DNA from: an uncultured Lachnospiraceae bacterium
GTDB taxonomy: Bacteria > Bacillota > Clostridia > Lachnospirales > Lachnospiraceae
Direction of reading: 5' to 3'
Assembly (NCBI GenBank): GCA_964370595.1
Contig: CAYJKD010000005.1
Span: 1-34,520 of the forward strand
DNA length: 34,520 nucleotides
Shown one piece after another: positions 28,130 through 34,520 of this stretch; position 1 is the stretch's first letter; every line of letters begins with the position of its first letter. The position numbers and the translations under genes were made by a program. The notes beneath the pieces are model-generated. The model saw only the letters and a program-made list of their open reading frames with translations. It did no database searches and had not been told where the DNA came from.

Positions 28130-28178
28130 TTGACAGTTAGAGGTTTTTGAATTATATTAGTAATAATTACTATTATTA
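28130..28178 (+). promoter_or_regulatory. Proximal ahpC promoter with PerR/Fur-like box
   Basis: TTGACA, 17 nt, TATATT (28153-28158); perfect 7-1-7 TAGTAAT-A-ATTACTA at 28158-28172. Confidence 0.7.
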
Positions 28179-28199
28179 AAATAAAAAGGAGAATAAATT

Positions 28200-28763
28200 A
28201 TGTCAATGATAGGAAAAGAAATTTCAGATTTTAAAGTACAAGCATACATAGAAAATGCATTCAAAGAAGTTACTAAGAAAGATATTTTAGGAAAGTGGAG
28301 TGTGTTTTTCTTCTATCCTGCAGATTTTACTTTTGTTTGCCCAACAGAGCTTGAAGATTTAGCAAATAAGTATGAAGATTTTAAAGGTGTAAATTGCGAA
28401 ATTTATTCGGTATCGTGCGATACTCACTTTGTACATAAAGCTTGGCATGACGCATCTGACACGATTAAAAAAATCAATTACCCAATGCTTGCAGATCCTA
28501 CGGCAAAACTTGCTCGTGATTTTGATGTTATGATTGAAGATGCTGGAATTACAGAAAGAGGAACTTTTATTGTTAACCCAGAAGGGAAAATTGTAGCATA
28601 TGAAGTACTTGCAGGGAATGTGGGAAGAAATGCTGATGAATTATTCCGTAGAGTACAAGCATTGCAATTTGTAGCGGAACATGGAGATGAAGTTTGCCCA
28701 GCGAAATGGCAACCTGGGGCTAAAACTTTAAAGCCAAGTCTTGATTTAGTTGGAATGTTATAA
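28200..28763 (+). CDS. ahpC: Alkyl hydroperoxide reductase subunit C (2-Cys peroxiredoxin)
   Basis: FYPADFTFVCPTE and EVCPAKW. Confidence 0.97.
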   Translation: MSMIGKEISDFKVQAYIENAFKEVTKKDILGKWSVFFFYPADFTFVCPTELEDLANKYEDFKGVNCEIYSVSCDTHFVHKAWHDASDTIKKINYPMLADPTAKLARDFDVMIEDAGITERGTFIVNPEGKIVAYEVLAGNVGRNADELFRRVQALQFVAEHGDEVCPAKWQPGAKTLKPSLDLVGML

Positions 28764-28775
28764 GGAGAAGTGATT

Positions 28776-30398
28776 ATGGATAATAGAAATTTAGAAAACT
28801 TCTATGATGCCGTAATAATAGGAGGAGGGCCTGCAGGGCTCTCCTCGGCTATTTATATGGCAAGAGCGAAGTATAGGACGTTGGTTTTGGAACAAGAGAA
28901 ATTTGGTGGACAGATAACAATTACTTCAGAAGTTGTAAACTATCCAGGGGTTTTTAAAACAAGTGGAGAAGAATTAACAAAAGAAATGCAAAAACAAGCT
29001 GAAAGTTTTGGAGCAGAATTCTTGCTTTGCCAAGCTTCGGAATTTGAATCGAATGGAGATTATTATACGATTACAACAGATCGAGGCAATTTTGATACAT
29101 TAGGATTAATCATTGCTAGTGGAGCATCTCCTCGTATGGTTGGATTTGAAGGAGAAGATGTATTTAAGGGACGTGGGGTTGCGTATTGTGCAACTTGCGA
29201 TGGTGAGTTTTTTACTGGGAAAGATATTTTTGTAATAGGAAGTGGTTTTGCGGCTTGTGAAGAAGGATTATTTTTGACTAGATTTGCAAAAAAAGTACAT
29301 ATGCTGATTCGTGGGGATGATTTTAGTTGTACAGGTAGTATTGTTAACGAGGTAAAAGAAAATGAAAGCATTGAAATTTATTACAATACGACAGTAAATA
29401 AAGTGTATGGAGAAAATTTTGTACAAGGAATTTCTGTAAACTCTAGTGGAAAAGATATTGACTTTTTTACAAAAGAAGGAATTGGTGTATTTGTTTTTGC
29501 TGGATATCAGCCAGCTAGTGAAATATTTGCAGATAAAATAGCGTTGAATGAACAAAAATATATTATTACAGATGAGAATCAAAAAACAAATCTGGATGGT
29601 GTTTATGCAGCGGGTGACATTTGTATAAAAAATTTACGTCAAGTTGTGACCGCTGTATCAGATGGTGCAACAGCAGCAACATCTTTAGAAAAATATGTTG
29701 CTAGTAAATACGAAAATCTAGGACTACCAAAACGAGAGTATGAAAAAAAGATTGTGAATCATACAAAGGAGAAGGTAAATTCAGAAAATGATGACCGTTT
29801 CCTTTCACAAGAGATAGTTGAAAGTTTAATGCCAGTTTTTGAACGATTCGAAAGCGATTTAATTCTTAAGTATCGATTAGATGATAGTGAGGTTTCAAAA
29901 GAAGTTCAAGGATTTATCAATGAATTTTCTAAAGTAACACCTAGAGTGATTTGTCAAAAAGATAATGAGTTACAAAATGAATTGCCTTGTATTTCTATTT
30001 TTACCCAAAATGGTAAAAGTAAAAATGTATCATTTCATGGAGTCCCAGGCGGACATGAATTTAACTCATTCATCATAGGACTTTATAATGCACAAGGAGA
30101 AGGGCAAAAGATTTCGGCAGAAGTGCTACAACGAATAAATTCAATTCAAAGTAAAATTAATATTAAGCTTGCCGTAACATTATCATGCACAAATTGTCCA
30201 GATTTAGTTATTGCAACAGAAAAAATTGCTTTACTAAATGATAATATTACGCTTGATATTTATGATTTGTCTCAGTTCGAAGATTTGAAATCAAAGCATA
30301 ATATTATGAGTGTTCCTTGTATGATAATCAATGAAGAACAGATCCATTTTGGTAAAAAGTCGATAGATAAAATATTAGATTTATTAGAAAAAATCTAA
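28776..30398 (+). CDS. AhpF homolog: N-terminal TrxB-type flavoreductase fused to C-terminal thioredoxin-fold domains
   Basis: GGGPAG, YCATCDG, GSGFAA, AAGD; then GVPGGHEFNSF, SCTNCP, IMSVP; alternative GTG at 28770. Confidence 0.9.
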   Translation: MDNRNLENFYDAVIIGGGPAGLSSAIYMARAKYRTLVLEQEKFGGQITITSEVVNYPGVFKTSGEELTKEMQKQAESFGAEFLLCQASEFESNGDYYTITTDRGNFDTLGLIIASGASPRMVGFEGEDVFKGRGVAYCATCDGEFFTGKDIFVIGSGFAACEEGLFLTRFAKKVHMLIRGDDFSCTGSIVNEVKENESIEIYYNTTVNKVYGENFVQGISVNSSGKDIDFFTKEGIGVFVFAGYQPASEIFADKIALNEQKYIITDENQKTNLDGVYAAGDICIKNLRQVVTAVSDGATAATSLEKYVASKYENLGLPKREYEKKIVNHTKEKVNSENDDRFLSQEIVESLMPVFERFESDLILKYRLDDSEVSKEVQGFINEFSKVTPRVICQKDNELQNELPCISIFTQNGKSKNVSFHGVPGGHEFNSFIIGLYNAQGEGQKISAEVLQRINSIQSKINIKLAVTLSCTNCPDLVIATEKIALLNDNITLDIYDLSQFEDLKSKHNIMSVPCMIINEEQIHFGKKSIDKILDLLEKI

Positions 30399-30401
30399 TA
30401 T

Positions 30402-31166
30402 TTAGTTTAAGTTATTCATGCTACCTAAATAGCGCATGAAACGCATCATGGTATCATCTTTATTATATTTTGTAATAGAGATAGATTTTTTGAGTATCTG
30501 AATGAAAAATTCACTTTTTGATGCAAGTGAAACATATTTTAGATTTAAAATATATGAGCGATTGGGCATTACAAAATCGGTGTGGGCGGTAAGCTCATCC
30601 CAAATATCGCGTATCTTTCCTTTATAGCTGATAGTTTCATTTTTTGTATAAATATTAATGTAATGCCCTTCGCTTTCGATGCAAAGGATTTCTTGTTGTT
30701 TTAAAAAGTTCATCTTACCATTTTTTCTGTAAGTAAAAGTTTTTTCGTGGTTCCAGATTTCAGTAATGTCTGAAATGACTTTTTTAAGCGAACTCTCGGT
30801 GATTGGCTTATCTAAAAAAGCGATTACATTGCGAGAGAAGAGTTCGCGTAAACGGTCATTTGTTGTAGACATAAAGACGATTAGAGAAGAGGTGTTTTGC
30901 AGTCTCTTTAATGTTTCAATACCATCTAATTCATCCATTACGATATCTAAAAATATAATATCAAAATTGTCTGTGGACGATAAAAGCTCAATGCCTGATG
31001 CAAATGGTGATATATGAAATGAAATATGAAACATCGAAGCGATTGCATCAAGGTTACTAGCAAGGTGATCTCGATCTTTTTTTAAATCATCACAGATTGC
31101 AATTTTTATTGAGAGTTCTTTGTTTTGAAGAAGTTTGTTATTGTGTTTTTCAGGTTTGTTCATCAT
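30402..31166 (-). CDS. LytTR-family response regulator (orphan)
   Basis: IAICDD, FLDIVM, FLDKP receiver; IESEGHY, NRSYILNLKYV LytTR; start uncertain. Confidence 0.88.
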   Translation of the reverse strand: MMNKPEKHNNKLLQNKELSIKIAICDDLKKDRDHLASNLDAIASMFHISFHISPFASGIELLSSTDNFDIIFLDIVMDELDGIETLKRLQNTSSLIVFMSTTNDRLRELFSRNVIAFLDKPITESSLKKVISDITEIWNHEKTFTYRKNGKMNFLKQQEILCIESEGHYINIYTKNETISYKGKIRDIWDELTAHTDFVMPNRSYILNLKYVSLASKSEFFIQILKKSISITKYNKDDTMMRFMRYLGSMNNLN

Positions 31167-31254
31167 GTTTCAACTTTCTATTCTTAGATTATCCTAATTT
31201 AATAAGAAGAATCCAGTGTAAAATATCATTTATGGAAAAAATTCAAATATAGGT

Positions 31255-34071
31255 TTAGTTTTTGCTAAGCATTGGGATGTTTAAATCTGTCCATCCTTCT
31301 GGAGAAAATTGCCCTTGATATTGTTCATTACCAAAAATGATATTGTAGCTAGTTTCTCCGGCAACCACCATCGTACCATCATTTTTCAATCCGAAGGTTG
31401 CAGTGGGACCAGCTTGTATCGCAATGATATTTTCCCAGTGATTGACATCACAGTTGCCATATTCATTGTTTCCAGTGGCAATGACGGTTCCATCCGATTT
31501 GAGAGCAACGGTATGGGTAGGACCAGCATCAATGGCAATAACTTTTTGAAAAGAAGAAATATCAAGTTGCCCATAGTAATTATCACCGATTGCAACTACG
31601 GATCCATCTTCTTTTAAACCAACAATATGATTGCCACCAGTTGCAATTTGCGTTAAACTTTGCCAATCATGGAGTGATTCATCCATCAGCTCATTTAACT
31701 TAGCATCTGTAGTAAATGGCCAACCACTATAGTAGATGCCTACAGTCATATCTCCACCTGCATCAATTTGCATAACATTACGATATTCTACCGTATTTGG
31801 AGCATAGCCCCCTAGCGTTTTGATTGTTCCGTCTGCAAGAAGGATAGAGGTATGAGCCATTCCAGCAGCAACTTGGATAGCGTCTTGGATTCCTGACACA
31901 TTACAGCGACTATCGTAGCGAGCACCATTGGCAACAACAGTACCATCCTTACGAAGTGCTACGATGTGATCATCTCCAGCAGCTAAGGCGATAATATCAG
32001 TAAAAAGCAGTGTGTCACATTGTCCATGTTGATTTAGACCAAAAGAATTTACGCTTCCATCAGTTTTTACATAGTGGCTATGATAATTGCCAATTGAAAA
32101 TGGTTGCTCATTCATGAGACGAAGATAATGCGCGGAATCTCCATAGTTATTGGTATAGTTGAGGGCAGTTCTCGTTGCATGGTAATTTCCTGATTCATAG
32201 AATTCAAGTGCATAATCGTATATGGTTGAGCGATATATTGTCCGATGGTCCTCTGTACAATTTGCTAAAAGCTCTCCACCCCAGTTGAAATCCCCTTCTC
32301 GAGCTTTGATTAGAGCCATTTCAAGGTAGCACTCAGAAATACGATCGATACTATCCTTGTAATCTCCAGCGATTTTAAACATGACACCAGCATTTTTATA
32401 TCCCTCAAATCCTCCTTCTTGAAAGTAATCTTCTCCCTCTAGGTAATAACATTCTTTTATCATGATTTCACTATCTTTGTACTCTTCAATCCCAGAAAAA
32501 TTGCTACGAGCAGCGTCATAATTGCCATCTCTATAATAAGACATTCCGAGATTATAAGTATTTTCTATTTCCTTTGGTTTTCCTATATGGGTATCATATA
32601 ATTGAGCGCCAATAATTATAGATAATACGAAACCAGCTGTAGTAGCAATGGTTGCAATATGAGAGATTTTAACTCGTTTAATATGTTTGATCTGTTTTTC
32701 ACATTCATGCGCTAGTGTTAAAGAATCTTTATAAGGATTTAAAGATGTGAAGATCTTGTATGCAGATTGATAATTTTTTAATGCAGATAAACTGTTTTTG
32801 TCTGCACTATCCATACATAATTTATTGGCATAGCAATATTGATCTTCTATGGCTTTTTGTCTGCAGTTTTCCTTTATTTTTGGGAGGAGTTCTTTCAAAA
32901 AGGTTTTGATTGAATCGTCGCAAAAACTCATTGCATTGATAAAATTTCCATTTGATTCCATAGGAATCGTTGCGTGAACGAGCTCATATCTATTAGGAAC
33001 ATGGTAATCGATGCAAAGTCTACCTAGGTAGGCCAAACCATTTTTAGGGTCGATATGGAGCGCGTGATTAAAGCAGTTTGAGGCATTGACATAATCTTGT
33101 TTCAATAGAAAGCCCATGCCATTGCTCACTAAGTTTTCTTCTTCTTTTGGTAAAGGAGAACCTACTTCATCTATATGAGAGATTATTTTTTTAATTCCAT
33201 GGAGTAAATCCTGCCAATAACCAATTTTAGATAAATCAAGGCTTTGATATGCAGAAAGTTCCAAGGGGATATCTAGGATATCAATATTTTTGTAGCATGG
33301 AATCAATGCTTTTTGTTTATTCTCTTTATTGATTTTTATGAATCGAGACCATTCATTCTTGACCCAAACAGCATCAAAATATTCTGTTTTTGTTCCTACG
33401 ACTAGCATAACTTTAGAAGAGTGTAGGGCAGAGAAGATATAAGGCTCATATTGCTTACCGAGAATGCTTTCTAATGTGATCCGAGAAAAGAATACATGAT
33501 AGCCCTCTTTTGTTAGCGCGTGATAAAGTTCTTCTGCTAATACTGAGTCTAAGGTTCGATTACCATACTCGTCGCTATCTTTATAGCAAATAAAAATATC
33601 ATATGGTTTTTCTTTATTAGAAATATGTAATATCTCTTTTTGAATTTCATAGATTTTGGTTGCTTCATTGATATAGAGTTCCCTAGTATAAGGATCAGAA
33701 GTGTACTCTAAAGCAGCAAGATAATCAAAATCTTTTCGAAAGGAGGTCATTTGAACACGGTGGCAGGTTGGTATTTTTTTATTTGTAAATGGATCCGTAA
33801 CATATTCAATACCATATTTGGAAAGAGCCAAACACCAATGAGCTTCAGGGTCGTGTCCGTCTTTTTCTAAGATTTGTTCATATGTACTAATTGCTAAGTC
33901 AAATTCACCATTTTGGCGAAAATGATTTGCTTTATTAAAAATATTGGCTTTTATTTGTTCTGTAATGTTTGGGAGTGTTGAAACAGATTGGCAACTATCA
34001 CAAGTGCCATAAGTACTGCCTTCTGTTACGGCAATATTACCACCACACATTTTACATTTTAATATTAACAA
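31255..34071 (-). CDS. Zn-ribbon/TPR/TIR/transmembrane/RCC1-repeat protein
   Basis: CKMCGG..CDSC; TPRs; TIR YDIFICYK...WVKNEW; basic patch then TM ~aa 472-492; YKDS-type helical repeats; seven RCC1/BLIP-II-like repeats; TTG start after AGGAGGA. Confidence 0.88.
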   Translation of the reverse strand: MLILKCKMCGGNIAVTEGSTYGTCDSCQSVSTLPNITEQIKANIFNKANHFRQNGEFDLAISTYEQILEKDGHDPEAHWCLALSKYGIEYVTDPFTNKKIPTCHRVQMTSFRKDFDYLAALEYTSDPYTRELYINEATKIYEIQKEILHISNKEKPYDIFICYKDSDEYGNRTLDSVLAEELYHALTKEGYHVFFSRITLESILGKQYEPYIFSALHSSKVMLVVGTKTEYFDAVWVKNEWSRFIKINKENKQKALIPCYKNIDILDIPLELSAYQSLDLSKIGYWQDLLHGIKKIISHIDEVGSPLPKEEENLVSNGMGFLLKQDYVNASNCFNHALHIDPKNGLAYLGRLCIDYHVPNRYELVHATIPMESNGNFINAMSFCDDSIKTFLKELLPKIKENCRQKAIEDQYCYANKLCMDSADKNSLSALKNYQSAYKIFTSLNPYKDSLTLAHECEKQIKHIKRVKISHIATIATTAGFVLSIIIGAQLYDTHIGKPKEIENTYNLGMSYYRDGNYDAARSNFSGIEEYKDSEIMIKECYYLEGEDYFQEGGFEGYKNAGVMFKIAGDYKDSIDRISECYLEMALIKAREGDFNWGGELLANCTEDHRTIYRSTIYDYALEFYESGNYHATRTALNYTNNYGDSAHYLRLMNEQPFSIGNYHSHYVKTDGSVNSFGLNQHGQCDTLLFTDIIALAAGDDHIVALRKDGTVVANGARYDSRCNVSGIQDAIQVAAGMAHTSILLADGTIKTLGGYAPNTVEYRNVMQIDAGGDMTVGIYYSGWPFTTDAKLNELMDESLHDWQSLTQIATGGNHIVGLKEDGSVVAIGDNYYGQLDISSFQKVIAIDAGPTHTVALKSDGTVIATGNNEYGNCDVNHWENIIAIQAGPTATFGLKNDGTMVVAGETSYNIIFGNEQYQGQFSPEGWTDLNIPMLSKN

Positions 34072-34118
34072 GGAAAATCCTCCTAAAAATTTAGATATCT
34101 ATTATTTATATGTAATTG

Positions 34119-34221
34119 GTAACAATTCAGCCATGCAGTAAAAAAGTAGTAAATCCATTACTATCTTTTACCAAATTTTGGTCGCTTTGCTCATTTATGA
34201 ATGGCATGGCTGAACTATTAC
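34119..34221 (-). ncRNA. Candidate structured RNA in the 5' leader of the TIR gene
   Basis: 18-bp closing stem with two G.U pairs possible only on the minus strand, enclosing three smaller hairpins; begins at predicted TSS. Confidence 0.5.
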
Positions 34222-34229
34222 TGTAATTG

Positions 34230-34257
34230 ATTATAACATAATAAAAATACTTGACAA
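34230..34257 (-). promoter_or_regulatory. Promoter of the TIR gene and its leader
   Basis: TTGTCA (34257-34252), 16 nt, extended TGt-TATAAT (34235-34230). Confidence 0.6.
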
Positions 34258-34310
34258 GAAGTTTTCAAATAGGATGATATGCGTGTTTTAAGTAAGATGA
34301 ATCATATGAA

Positions 34311-34363
34311 AAACACCTAGAAATCCTTAGGAATATATAAATTCGAAGGATTTCTAGGTGTTT
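34311..34363. terminator. Perfect 18-bp inverted repeat, probable terminator of a neighbouring transcript
   Basis: AAACACCTAGAAATCCTT / AAGGATTTCTAGGTGTTT. Confidence 0.65.
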
Positions 34364-34520
34364 AATTTCGTGTTAATAATAGATTGTTTAAGGATATGCG
34401 CTTATATTTAAATATGTGTAATAAATTAACACGTTAGTTAAAGTGATTAAAAATTAAATTAAGCTGGATTTTTAAACCATTTTTTTGTATTGTTTGCTAG
34501 TTTTACAAGAACTAGCATAA

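Noticed and set aside
189..31617. Remaining 60-145 aa ORFs nested in or antisense to long genes (e.g. 15655-16092, 11767-12159, 29063-29371, 31309-31617)
   Set aside because: Shadow frames of well-supported genes with no independent evidence
34150..34200. c-di-GMP-I riboswitch suggested by GCAAAGC on the minus strand
   Set aside because: GNRA loop/receptor and flanking consensus of that class are not evident
34119..34221. Retron msr-msd ncRNA
   Set aside because: No reverse transcriptase in the window and the element is short; not excludable beyond the window edge but unsupported

Overview
Low-GC Firmicute chromosome segment; gene content suggests Clostridia/Lachnospiraceae (inference). Left half is mostly housekeeping: metG-traX-like-tatD-rsmA; CAP/cell-wall protein and nagB; tadA followed by the large SRP RNA; a minus-strand run mutS2, OmpR regulator, HAMP kinase, cell-wall-binding protein, Zn-dependent PLC-like, MFS; and a divergent HtrA-like gene with yhaM. 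Right half is more accessory: three-domain RidA fusion with divergent LuxR-type regulator, GNAT, HAD, FucO-like ADH, TetR, membrane GGDEF, DMT, DbpA-type helicase, ahpC with a domain-reversed AhpF homolog, an orphan LytTR regulator, and a 938-aa Zn-ribbon/TPR/TIR/TM/RCC1-propeller protein. Best candidates for undescribed biology are: (1) this receptor-like TIR protein and a strand-specific, multi-branched ~100-nt RNA structure at the start of its predicted transcript; (2) the single-chain RidA pseudo-trimer and its symmetric bidirectional promoter/operator; (3) a 5-codon uORF that carries the only strong SD of mutS2. No CRISPR array, tRNA, rRNA, transposase, integrase or phage gene was recognised. 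All calls are from manual motif reading; no searches were run.
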